A stretch of 64,000 nt of DNA from Armatimonadota bacterium (GTDB lineage Bacteria > Armatimonadota > SYMT01): the NCBI GenBank assembly GCA_041690135.1, contig JAWLHY010000001.1:384001-448000 (forward strand), in the 5' to 3' direction. A program made the translations under genes and the position numbers. Of the stretch, positions 29,887 to 38,885 are shown piece by piece (the stretch's first letter is position 1; each line of letters opens with the position of its first letter). The notes under the pieces are model-generated. The model saw only the letters and a program-made list of their open reading frames with translations. It was not told the origin of the DNA and made no database searches.

Positions 29887-31023
29887 ATGAAATGCATCCA
29901 CTGCAACACCGACTCGACTTATAAGGACCGGCAGGCGAACGACGGCCGGTGCAAGCAGTGCCGGCACCCCTTCGCCTTCGATCCCCGGGCCAACCCCGAA
30001 CACAAGATGTCGGATGGGCTCTTCCAGCGGGCGATCCTGGAGGTTTCCGAGAAGGGAACCCTATCGTTCACCGAAACGCAGCTCTACTACGAGGTCTGTC
30101 GCCGCCTGGACAAGAAGTTGAGCTGGTCCATGAACACCACCGGTGGGGTGCTGGCGGGTTTTGGTGGGTTCGGGGGTGTCGTGGCCTCCATCGTGATGGG
30201 GTCCTTCTGGCCCCTGTTCCTGATCAGTGCTCCCGCGCTGGTGGCGGGCATCGCTGTGAGCCGGATGAAGCCGAAGCAGTCGGTCCGCACACCGCCCCTG
30301 GAGTTACACGGCTTCCACGCCACCTACATGAAGCGGTGGGAAGAAGTCCACGGCGCGCCGGAGCGCCTGATGCGGTCGGCGGCGCCGGCGCCTCGGGCGG
30401 CACCCGGCGGGCCGGATCCCGTGGCCGGAGAGCCGGATCTGACGGCCTACAGCTTCGACCGGGCTCTGGTGACCCAATCGGCCGACCTGGCCGCGGCGCT
30501 GGTGGCCAACAACTTCCACTTCGAGAACAACTGCGCCATCCTGAGCCTCGACGGCTATCCCTTCGACCGCCGGGATACGATCCTGACGATGCTCCGCCGC
30601 AACCCGAGCCTCAAGGTGTTTGCCCTCCACGACGCATCTCCCCGTGGGTGTGAAATGGTCCACGCCCTCCGTGCCTCCACCTGGTTCCCCGAAACGACCG
30701 TCCAGATCATCGACCTGGGTCTGCGTCCCGCGCACGTGATGAAGAGCCGGATGTACGCGCACCAGGCCGCGGCGGGTGGGTTGACCCCCCAGTTGCGCAG
30801 CTACCTGCAAGGGGACGAGCTGGAGTGGCTTGACTCCGGCAAGGTCGCCTCGGTGCAGCAGTTCCGCCCGGCCCGCCTGATGCGCTCCATCTACCAGGGG
30901 TTCGCCCGCGCCAACCAGATGGGAGCCGACGGGTCGGTGGGGGACGCCGGCGTCGGCGACCCCGGCTTCATCTGGATCCACACCCCGATGGCGGACGTGT
31001 ATGCGGCGGACAGCTTCGGTTAG
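29887..31023 (+). CDS. Zn-ribbon + 2 TM + degenerate TOPRIM-like domain hypothetical protein
   Basis: CxxC-x15-CxxC at the N-terminus; TM hairpin; ILSLDGYP...VFALHDASPRG...IIDLGLRP resembles the TopoVI-A/Spo11 TOPRIM. Confidence 0.75.
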   Translation: MKCIHCNTDSTYKDRQANDGRCKQCRHPFAFDPRANPEHKMSDGLFQRAILEVSEKGTLSFTETQLYYEVCRRLDKKLSWSMNTTGGVLAGFGGFGGVVASIVMGSFWPLFLISAPALVAGIAVSRMKPKQSVRTPPLELHGFHATYMKRWEEVHGAPERLMRSAAPAPRAAPGGPDPVAGEPDLTAYSFDRALVTQSADLAAALVANNFHFENNCAILSLDGYPFDRRDTILTMLRRNPSLKVFALHDASPRGCEMVHALRASTWFPETTVQIIDLGLRPAHVMKSRMYAHQAAAGGLTPQLRSYLQGDELEWLDSGKVASVQQFRPARLMRSIYQGFARANQMGADGSVGDAGVGDPGFIWIHTPMADVYAADSFG

Positions 31024-32712
31024 ATGAAGAGTTTCGTCGGCGTCTACGGCGCTCCGGATCCTGCCGAAGCCTTGAGAAGAGCCGGTCACCCGGTGGGGTG
31101 GTCCGATGCCGAGGTGGCCTTCTCGGGGGCGGAGACCTGGGTCAGCCCGGACGGGGACCTGGTCGTAGCCGGGAAAGCGGTCCTCGATCCCCACGACGGC
31201 ACCCCGGGCGACCTGGCCTGTCCACGGACCTCTCCCTTCGAGCATTTCGGCGAGCTCTATCGCCGGTACGGACTGCAGGCTGCCCGCCACGCGCTCGGGA
31301 TGTTCGCCCTGGCCGTGTGGGACTGCCGGAGCCGCGAACTCCACCTCTTCCGGGATGCGACCGGGGCTCGCACCCTCTATCACGCGCAGCAGGGCCGGGA
31401 GTGCTGGTTCAGCACCCGGCTCCGGGTGCTGCGGCGCAGCCCGGCAGTCTCCGGGGAGCTCTCGCTTCCGGCGCTGCGGGCTTACCTGGCCCTGGCCTAT
31501 GTGCCGGGCGAGCTCACCATGTGGAAGGATGCCCGCGAGCTGCGCCCCGGGACGCTCCTCACACTCCCTTCCGGCCGGGTCACGACCTATTGGGAGCCCG
31601 AGGAAAGGGAGCCTGCCGAGGGGGAGACGCTGGAAAGCTGCGCCGGGCGGCTGCGTCCCCTGCTGGAGGAGTGCGTCCGGGTGCGCCTCCCGGCCAACGA
31701 AACCGAGCCCGTGGGGATCTATCTCTCCGGGGGGCTGGACAGCAGCCTGGTCGTGGCGCTGGCGGCGCGCCTCCACCGGGGGCCGGTACACACGTACGCC
31801 ATCCACTTCGGCCACGAATACCCGAACGAGCTCGTATTTTCCGACATGGTGGCCCGGCACTGCGGCACCCGTCATCAGGTGCTGGAGCTGCCGGCGCGGC
31901 TGATCCGCGACATGCTGGCGGAAACCCTGGCGGAGCTGGACGACCCGATTGGCGATCCTCTCACCGTGCCCAACTACCTGCTCGGCCAGGCCGCCCGGAT
32001 GGAGGTCGGCGTCGTCTTGAACGGCGAGGGCGGCGACCCGCTCTTCGGCGGTCCCAAGAACCTGCCCATGCTGCTCCACGAGCTCTACGCCGACTCCGGT
32101 GATGCCCGCGAAGCGGCCTACCTGCGGGCTTATCAGAAGTGCTACGACGACCTGCCCACACTTCTAACCGAGCCCGTGCGCAAGGCTCTCGCCGCGGAGC
32201 CGCCGCTGGAGAGCCTGGCCCGGCCGTACCTGCACGATCCGCATACCCGGCACTACCTCAACCGGCTGATGCGGATCAATACCTGTCTCAAGGGCGCGGA
32301 CCACATCCTCACCAAGGTGAGTAATCTCACCAGCGCCCACGGGCTGGTGGGGCGCTCACCGCTGTTCGACCGGCGGCTGGTGGAGGCCGCGTTTTCGATC
32401 CCGCCCGAGTACAAGCTCTCCGCCGCCGAAGAGAAGGCCGTGCTCAAACGGGCCGTGGCGGACCTGCTCCCCCAGGAGATCCTCACCCGCCCGAAGAGCG
32501 GGATGCTGGTGCCGGTACAGGCGTGGTTCAAGCGGGACTTCAAGCGGTATGCGGCCTCGCGCCTGCTCTCGCGCGGCTCCCGCATCCGCCCCTACCTCAA
32601 CCAGGACCTCATCCGCACCTGGCTGCGCTACCAGGGCAACCTCTGGCCGCGCCACGGGGTAAAACTGTGGCTGGTCCTCACGCTGGAAGAATGGCTCCGG
32701 GTCAACCAGTAA
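31024..32712 (+). CDS. Second asparagine synthetase B-like ATP-dependent amide ligase lacking the N-terminal Cys
   Basis: GMFALAVWD, RDATGARTLY, LSGGLDSS, GEGGDPLFGG, RSPLFD, RPKSGM; ATG directly abuts the upstream stop. Confidence 0.9.
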   Translation: MKSFVGVYGAPDPAEALRRAGHPVGWSDAEVAFSGAETWVSPDGDLVVAGKAVLDPHDGTPGDLACPRTSPFEHFGELYRRYGLQAARHALGMFALAVWDCRSRELHLFRDATGARTLYHAQQGRECWFSTRLRVLRRSPAVSGELSLPALRAYLALAYVPGELTMWKDARELRPGTLLTLPSGRVTTYWEPEEREPAEGETLESCAGRLRPLLEECVRVRLPANETEPVGIYLSGGLDSSLVVALAARLHRGPVHTYAIHFGHEYPNELVFSDMVARHCGTRHQVLELPARLIRDMLAETLAELDDPIGDPLTVPNYLLGQAARMEVGVVLNGEGGDPLFGGPKNLPMLLHELYADSGDAREAAYLRAYQKCYDDLPTLLTEPVRKALAAEPPLESLARPYLHDPHTRHYLNRLMRINTCLKGADHILTKVSNLTSAHGLVGRSPLFDRRLVEAAFSIPPEYKLSAAEEKAVLKRAVADLLPQEILTRPKSGMLVPVQAWFKRDFKRYAASRLLSRGSRIRPYLNQDLIRTWLRYQGNLWPRHGVKLWLVLTLEEWLRVNQ

Positions 32713-32720
32713 TATTCAAG

Positions 32721-33389
32721 ATGGACGATTTCACTCCTTTCGCACTCGAGCCCGGTCTGCGGTTCCGCCTCCAGGATAACGGTTCCGAGATCGAGGTCAC
32801 CGCCTGGGCCGGCGGCAAACTGGATCTGCTTCCGGGCGCTACCCATTACGGTATGGTCACCGGGGGGAGCGCCCGCGTGAACTGGGGGGAGTTCGATCCC
32901 TTTCCGCTGCGTGCCGGGATGTTCTTCGTGCTGCCGGGCCCCGCCGCGGTTCAGGGCGAACATGGCTCCGGCCTGGTCATCACCCTGCCGGACTACTCCG
33001 GGCTGCCGGCCTTCGGGGGACCGCTGGAAGGCGAGGGACGGCTCCGCTATATCGACGGCTGCTCCGATACGCTGCTCGTCGCGCCACCCCGGCTCGGTGA
33101 TCCGTGCCTCAACCACCTCCATATCCCGCCGGGGGTGAATCAGACCGCCCACACCCATCCTTCGGCGCGGATCGGGGTCATTGCCCGGGGGAGCGGCGAG
33201 TGCCGGACGCCCCGGGGTGCCTATCCGCTCCGGGAGGGGATGGGCTGGTACATTCCCACCGGTTGCCTCCACTCCTTTCACACGGAAGAGGAGTCCCTCG
33301 ACGTAGTCGCCTGGCATCCCGACAGCGATTTCGGTCCTACGAACCAGAACCACCCGATGCTGAACCGCACCCAGATTCGGACGAAATAA
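32721..33389 (+). CDS. Cupin-domain metalloprotein
   Basis: HTHPS.RIG.I.RG.G...G..WYIP.G.LHSF cupin His motifs; 8 nt after the asnB-like stop. Confidence 0.85.
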   Translation: MDDFTPFALEPGLRFRLQDNGSEIEVTAWAGGKLDLLPGATHYGMVTGGSARVNWGEFDPFPLRAGMFFVLPGPAAVQGEHGSGLVITLPDYSGLPAFGGPLEGEGRLRYIDGCSDTLLVAPPRLGDPCLNHLHIPPGVNQTAHTHPSARIGVIARGSGECRTPRGAYPLREGMGWYIPTGCLHSFHTEEESLDVVAWHPDSDFGPTNQNHPMLNRTQIRTK

Positions 33390-33492
33390 TCGGCTGCTAC
33401 ACGTGGCGCAGGGTGGGTATATATCGACTGCGCCTCGCTCCGGTCCCCTCGTTCCAGCGTCCGGAGCCGTGATTCTGGAGCAGCACTGGTTC

Positions 33493-36400
33493 ATGTCTCG
33501 CGTTAAGCTTTCCCTCAACGGCCGATGGCAGTTCGTTCCCGATCCCAAAGATCAGTTCCGCGCCGACTCGCTGCCGGAACGGATGGAGGAGATCGAGGTC
33601 CCCGGTAGCTGGGAAGGTCAATTCCCCACCGAAGCCGGCGTCTTCGGACGCGCCTGGTACCGCCGCACGGTGGAAGTTCCGCCGGACTGGAAGGGGCGTG
33701 CCGTCTTCCTCCGGTTCGGCGCGGTGAACTACTACTGCCAGGTGTGGGTCAATGGCTCGTTCGTCGGGGACCACGAGGGCGGCTATACGCCCTTCCACTT
33801 CCGCGTCGATCCCTTCCTGGAGTCGCGGGATCGGGTGGAAGTGGTCGTCAAGGTGATCCACCCCGCGCACGCCACGCCCAGCTTCCCCGAGTTTTCCTAC
33901 CAGGAGATCGCCGGCACGCTGCACGACATGTTCGGCTATTCCATCGGGGAGATTCCCCTGGGTAAGCAGAACTGGTACGGCAGCGTCAGCGGCATCTGGC
34001 AAGATGTCTACCTGGAAGCGGTCTACCCCACCTTCTTCACCCACCTGCTGGTCACGCCGGACGTGGACGGCTCGCAGGCCCTGGTCCGGGTGGGCCTCCA
34101 CGATCCGCCGCTCAATGCCTCCGACCTCTTCCTTCACTACCGCCTGCTGGACCAGGAGGGGAAGGTCATCGGTGAGAAGAAGCGGGTGCCGCTCTCCGTG
34201 GCCTTGGGCGAAAGCCATTCGCCCGACCGGGCCATGCAGTCGCCCTTCGTCGAGCTTCCCATCGACGGCATGCGTCTCTGGCAACTGGAGGACCCGCACC
34301 TCTACCGTCTGGAGGTGAACCTGGAAGAGAACGGTCACGAGCGCGATACCCTGTCGACGCGGTTCGGCATGCGCAAGGTAGGTATCCAGCACAACCGCAT
34401 CTACCTGAACGACGAGCCGCTGTACCTGATCGGGGCGCTCGACCAGGATTTCTACCCGGAGACGAGCTACACGCCTCCCTCGGAGGAGTTCCTGCGCGAC
34501 CAGGTGGACAAGGCGAAGCACATGGGGCTGAACATGCTCCGGTGCCACATCAAGGTGCCCGATCCTCGCTATCTCGACGTGGCGGATGAGAAGGGGATCC
34601 TGGTGTGGGAAGAGCTGCCCAACTGGCTGCGCCTCACCGAGGAGTCCGGCGCGCGCGGCCGGGAGACGATGACCCGGATGATCGAGCGGGACTTCAACCA
34701 TCCCTCGACGATCATCTGGACCATCATCAACGAGAGCTGGGGTGCGGACCTGGTCGGCAAAGAGTACGACCGGCGCTGGCTCAAGCAGATGTACCACTAC
34801 GTGAAGCGCCTGGACCCCACGCGACTGGTGGTGGACAACTCCCCCTGTAACATGCCGATCCACGGCCGGAACTTCCACCTGCGGACCGACCTGGAAGACT
34901 TCCACATCTACTTCCAGATCCCGGATCACTACCACAAGTGGAAGGCCTGGGTGCGGGACTTCTCGCAGCACCCTTCGTGGACCTTCAGCCCGCATGGGGA
35001 CGCGGAGCGCACGGGCGAAGAACCGCTGCTCTGCTCTGAGTTCGGCAACTGGGGCCTGCCGACCCTGAAAGACCTGCTCACCGATTACGGCGAGGAGCCG
35101 AGCTGGTTCCGCACGGGCGTGGACATCACTATTCCGCACGGGGTGCAGCGGCGGTTCAACCGGTTCCACCTGGACGACATCTTCGGCAGTTACGACCAGT
35201 TTGCCATCGCGACGCAGTGGCAGCAGTACTTCGCGCTGAAGTACCAGATCGAGGAGATGCGGAAGTACTCCAGCCTGGTCGGGTACATCATCACGGAGTT
35301 CACCGACCTCCACTGGGAAGCGAACGGCCTGCTCAACATCTGGCGCCGGCCCAAGGTCTTCTACCATTACCTCCAGCAGTTCCAGGAACAGGACGTGGTG
35401 CTGGCGGACTGGAACAGGATCAACTACTGGGAAGGGGACCTGTGCCGCGTCTCGGTGGTCGTCTCCCACTGGAGCCGCGAGCTGATCCAGGGCTGCACCG
35501 TAGACTGGAACGTGAGCGAACTGGGCGTCTCCGGCACGATCACGGACGTGAACGTGGAACGGGCCGAATCGCGCGACGTGGGCTGCGTGAGTTTTGTGGT
35601 GCCGCAGATCGACCAATCGATGCGGTGCCGGCTCCACTTGCGCCTCAGGGATCCCAAGGGCCGCATCCTGGCGCGCAACGTTCAGTACCTCTCCTTCTTT
35701 CCTGCCTCTTGCCGGAAGCCCAGCGTCCCCTCCGAGCCGATCTGGGTCCACGACCCACTCGAATTGTGGGACCTGGAGGAGCGGATGAGCAACGCCGGCT
35801 ACCAGGTCTACCGCACTCCGGAGGGCAACGGCGCCGCGCAGCCGCCCCGGATTGCCGTGGCCGCGCGCCTGGACGAGCAGGTGGTTCAATTCCTCGAGGC
35901 CGGCGGGACCGTGCTGTTCCTGCCGCACTCCCCCGCCGACATCGACGCGGCCGTCCTGAGCCGGACTTCCATCCGGGTGCGCGACCGGCGGGCCCGCATC
36001 GACGAGCGGACCAAGGAAAAGAACCCGTGGGAGGGGGACTGGATCTCCAACTTCACCTGGTGCAAGCACGAGGGCCTGTTCGACCACATCCCGCGGGTGA
36101 TCGATAGTCCCTTCCCCGGCGAGTTGATGGATATGCAGTACTACCACGTGCTGCCGAACCAGGTGCTGCTGGGCTGGAGCCAGGAGCGGGAGTTCTCCGA
36201 TATCCTGGCGGGCATGGTCGTGGGGTGGGTCCACGCGCCCGTCTCGATCCTCTCCCAGTGCAAGTGGGGTCAGGGGAAGCTGCTGGTCAGCACGATGCGG
36301 CTGGAAAGCGCCTACGGCGATGACCCGGTCAGCACGATCATCCTGAACAACTTGCTGCGTTACATCACCGGCAGCCGGTTCCGCCCGCAGAAGGACGCTC

Positions 36401-36540
36401 GCGCCGCCAGTCGCAAACCGACCCGGACAGAATCGCTGAGCGGCCCCGCGATCATCGAGCCGATCGAGCAGGAGTTCGAAGATGAGGCGGCCCCCGTGGC
36501 GAGCGGAGGGGGAGTAACCCCGGAGTCGGGGCCGGAATAG
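33493..36540 (+). CDS. Glycoside hydrolase family 2 (beta-galactosidase/glucuronidase-like)
   Basis: LRFGAVNY, HEGGYTPF, RDFNHPS.IIW...NESWG acid/base, SEFG nucleophile. Confidence 0.93.
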   Translation: MSRVKLSLNGRWQFVPDPKDQFRADSLPERMEEIEVPGSWEGQFPTEAGVFGRAWYRRTVEVPPDWKGRAVFLRFGAVNYYCQVWVNGSFVGDHEGGYTPFHFRVDPFLESRDRVEVVVKVIHPAHATPSFPEFSYQEIAGTLHDMFGYSIGEIPLGKQNWYGSVSGIWQDVYLEAVYPTFFTHLLVTPDVDGSQALVRVGLHDPPLNASDLFLHYRLLDQEGKVIGEKKRVPLSVALGESHSPDRAMQSPFVELPIDGMRLWQLEDPHLYRLEVNLEENGHERDTLSTRFGMRKVGIQHNRIYLNDEPLYLIGALDQDFYPETSYTPPSEEFLRDQVDKAKHMGLNMLRCHIKVPDPRYLDVADEKGILVWEELPNWLRLTEESGARGRETMTRMIERDFNHPSTIIWTIINESWGADLVGKEYDRRWLKQMYHYVKRLDPTRLVVDNSPCNMPIHGRNFHLRTDLEDFHIYFQIPDHYHKWKAWVRDFSQHPSWTFSPHGDAERTGEEPLLCSEFGNWGLPTLKDLLTDYGEEPSWFRTGVDITIPHGVQRRFNRFHLDDIFGSYDQFAIATQWQQYFALKYQIEEMRKYSSLVGYIITEFTDLHWEANGLLNIWRRPKVFYHYLQQFQEQDVVLADWNRINYWEGDLCRVSVVVSHWSRELIQGCTVDWNVSELGVSGTITDVNVERAESRDVGCVSFVVPQIDQSMRCRLHLRLRDPKGRILARNVQYLSFFPASCRKPSVPSEPIWVHDPLELWDLEERMSNAGYQVYRTPEGNGAAQPPRIAVAARLDEQVVQFLEAGGTVLFLPHSPADIDAAVLSRTSIRVRDRRARIDERTKEKNPWEGDWISNFTWCKHEGLFDHIPRVIDSPFPGELMDMQYYHVLPNQVLLGWSQEREFSDILAGMVVGWVHAPVSILSQCKWGQGKLLVSTMRLESAYGDDPVSTIILNNLLRYITGSRFRPQKDARAASRKPTRTESLSGPAIIEPIEQEFEDEAAPVASGGGVTPESGPE

Positions 36541-36627
36541 CAGAAGACAGCACGGCGCATACACCTATCCATCCCCTTGGGGCGCAAATCCATGAGCATT
36601 AGCTTTGGCGGCTAGCGTCCCCAGGGT

Positions 36628-36680
36628 GCCCTCACCCCTTCCCCTCTCCCGCAGCGTGGGAGAGAGGAAGGGGTGAGGGC
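36628..36680. repeat. GC-rich REP-like palindrome, possible terminator
   Basis: GCCCTCACCCCTTCCCCTCTCCC...GGGAGAGAGGAAGGGGTGAGGGC; similar elements near 15475-15512 and 47568-47622. Confidence 0.6.
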
Positions 36681-37064
36681 CCAAGGCGGAGCAAGTCCTA
36701 TCCCCTAAACAGAACCGCGGATTTCGAAGCTCTTCTCCCGATCTTGCAGTGCCGGCGCAGGTTTACGCCCCGAGGGGGTGCCGGCACCCCGCAGGGTTTG
36801 GAAAGCGACGTGGATTTATCCCGTCGCTTCACCCCATGCGGACAGGATTTCCGCTGTCGTGGTTAGCGGTGGCGCGGCCACGGTCGGTTCGGCGTAAAGA
36901 CAACAAGCATGGAGCTTGCGGCCGGCGCTTACAGGTCCAGTTTCCCCGATTGCTTGTGAACCGTCTGAGAACGAGCCTCCGTGAGAAGACACGAGTTGAA
37001 CTGTTTGGCACTACGCGTTCCGATCCGGTGACCGGGAACCGAAACAGGGCAAGAAGATGCCCGC

Positions 37065-37385
37065 TCACGCCGCGCGGGGGATGTCCACTGCGCCCGCTTC
37101 GGAGAGGACCGCGAAGGCGCAGAGGTAGCCGGGGGCTTCGGAAGGCTCGGTGGAAAGGATGCGCACCGGAAGCGTCTGGCCTTCCTCCGTGAGGATCCGC
37201 CCGCGTGTACCGACACTGGTCAGCAGGCGGTTCACCGCATTTCCCTGCCCGAAGGCAATGCGCAGGTAGCCGCTCGGTCCTTCCGCCTCCGGACAGAGAA
37301 CGTAGTAAACGGCGACGCGCATGGTTCCGTCGTGCAGTTCCAGGGTCCCGGCCAGGTCGTCGGTTGCTTCGTTGTCCATCGTCAT
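37065..37385 (-). CDS. Small hypothetical protein
   Basis: Protein-like 3' part of ORF 37065-38075 with GC3 bias; start uncertain. Confidence 0.45.
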   Translation of the reverse strand: MTMDNEATDDLAGTLELHDGTMRVAVYYVLCPEAEGPSGYLRIAFGQGNAVNRLLTSVGTRGRILTEEGQTLPVRILSTEPSEAPGYLCAFAVLSEAGAVDIPRAA

Positions 37386-37570
37386 GGGGGGTGTCGCGGC
37401 CTCCGTATCGTCAATGCCGCCCACCCCCATCGAGGTGCAGATCCTGGTTTTTTTGTGAGTGGTGGGAGTGGCGAGCCGGAGGAGCGCGGGCGTCTCGCCC
37501 ACCAGAGATGAGGTGATCCGCAAAGGGGGATTGGGGGAGCCGGGATGTACGGGATGGACGCGGGGTTCGC

Positions 37571-38797
37571 TCACTCTGGAGGGGGTCCGATATATCGCGC
37601 CCGCGGGCGGATCAGGCGTCCGCTGCCGTACTGTTCGATGGCGTGGGCGATCCAGCCGGCCGTGCGACCGAGAGCGAACAACACCAGGGGGGCTTCGGGG
37701 GGCAGGTCGAGGACCCGCGCCAGCGTCACCAGCGCGAAGTCGATCGTGGGATGTTCCCGGACCAGGGTGAACGCCTCGCCGGCCGTCTCCCGCGCCAGCA
37801 GCCGGGCGGGGGAGGAAGGGTAGGCCGTCTCCAGGGCTTCCAGCAGGTAGCGGCCGCGGATGTCGCCGGTGGGATAGAGGGGGTGACCGAAGCCCGGCAG
37901 GCCCTCCCCGCGACTCAGGCGACCCGCCAGGGCGGCTCCCACATCCGGCGCGCCCTCCACCTCTCGGAAGAGGGCATCCACTCGGGCGGTGTGGCCCCCG
38001 TGCCGGAACCCGCTCAGGGCTGACAGGCCCGCCCCGACCACGGCGTAGGGAGTCGCGCCGGCCGAGGCGACACACCGGGCGGTGAAGGATGACACGTTCA
38101 ACTCATGGTCCGCGCACAACACCAGCGCGGCATTCAGGAGGGGCTCCGCACCCGGCTCGTCCGGCGCCCAGGCAGCCGCCAGTGATCCCGCCAGGTTCCC
38201 CGGAAGGCGCTCACCGGTAACGGTGGAAAAGAGCAGGGAGAGGATCCGCGCGCCCGCCCCCGCGACCGCTTCGGGCCGGAGATCCCAGGCTGCCGGATCG
38301 GCGGCCCCTATCGCGGGCAGCACGGTCTGGAGCCGGTGGAAGAGGCCCAGGTGTTCCACTGCTGGTGAGAATTCCCGCACCGCCGCCTTCTCCCGCGCCT
38401 TCGCAAAGAGGGGGGCGGCCGCGACCGTCTCGCCGGTCCAGAGCAGGGTCGCCACTTCTTCGAATGGGGTCGTGGAAGCCAGTTTTACGGCATCTATACC
38501 CCGGTAGTAGAGGCGCCCGTCCGCAATCAGGGTGAGGCCCGATTCCAGAATGGGCGTGCCCCAGTCCAGCGCCCCCTGCACGGCACCCTCAGGGTCGCGA
38601 CGCCGCTCCTTCCGCGCCTGGAGCAGCCGCACGTCTTCCGCGGAGTAACGCCGTCCCCGGCGCCGGCTCTCGTTGCCTTCCGCGCTTTCGGAGCGGATCA
38701 GCCCCCGGCTCACGTAGGCATACACCGTTTCCAGCGTCACCCCAAGTGCCTCCGCGGCTTCTTTCGCGGTCAGATACTGCGACTCTCTCGCTGGCAT
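37571..38797 (-). CDS. HTH (excisionase/MerR-like) - citrate synthase fusion, probable regulator
   Basis: YLTAKEAAEALGVTLETVYAYVSRG HTH; DHELNVSSFTAR, HGG, GFGHPLY, DFAL citrate synthase motifs. Confidence 0.88.
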   Translation of the reverse strand: MPARESQYLTAKEAAEALGVTLETVYAYVSRGLIRSESAEGNESRRRGRRYSAEDVRLLQARKERRRDPEGAVQGALDWGTPILESGLTLIADGRLYYRGIDAVKLASTTPFEEVATLLWTGETVAAAPLFAKAREKAAVREFSPAVEHLGLFHRLQTVLPAIGAADPAAWDLRPEAVAGAGARILSLLFSTVTGERLPGNLAGSLAAAWAPDEPGAEPLLNAALVLCADHELNVSSFTARCVASAGATPYAVVGAGLSALSGFRHGGHTARVDALFREVEGAPDVGAALAGRLSRGEGLPGFGHPLYPTGDIRGRYLLEALETAYPSSPARLLARETAGEAFTLVREHPTIDFALVTLARVLDLPPEAPLVLFALGRTAGWIAHAIEQYGSGRLIRPRARYIGPPPE

Positions 38798-38821
38798 TAC
38801 TCCCTCCGTCTCTCAGCTACA

Positions 38822-38869
38822 TTGATTATACGATCAACGTTGACGGGTTATCCGGTCGCGGCACAGAAT
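38822..38869 (+). promoter_or_regulatory. Putative operator TTGAT-N6-ATCAA next to a sigma70-like promoter (TTGACG-18-CAGAAT) of the citrate synthase gene
   Basis: Inverted repeat 38822-38837 in the 88-bp divergent intergenic region. Confidence 0.5.
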
Positions 38870-38885
38870 CCAGGCAAGGAGGAAA

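Noticed and set aside
27449-32712. Canonical lasso-peptide cluster
   Set aside because: No B1/RRE, B2 transglutaminase-like peptidase or precursor with a YxxP leader is visible
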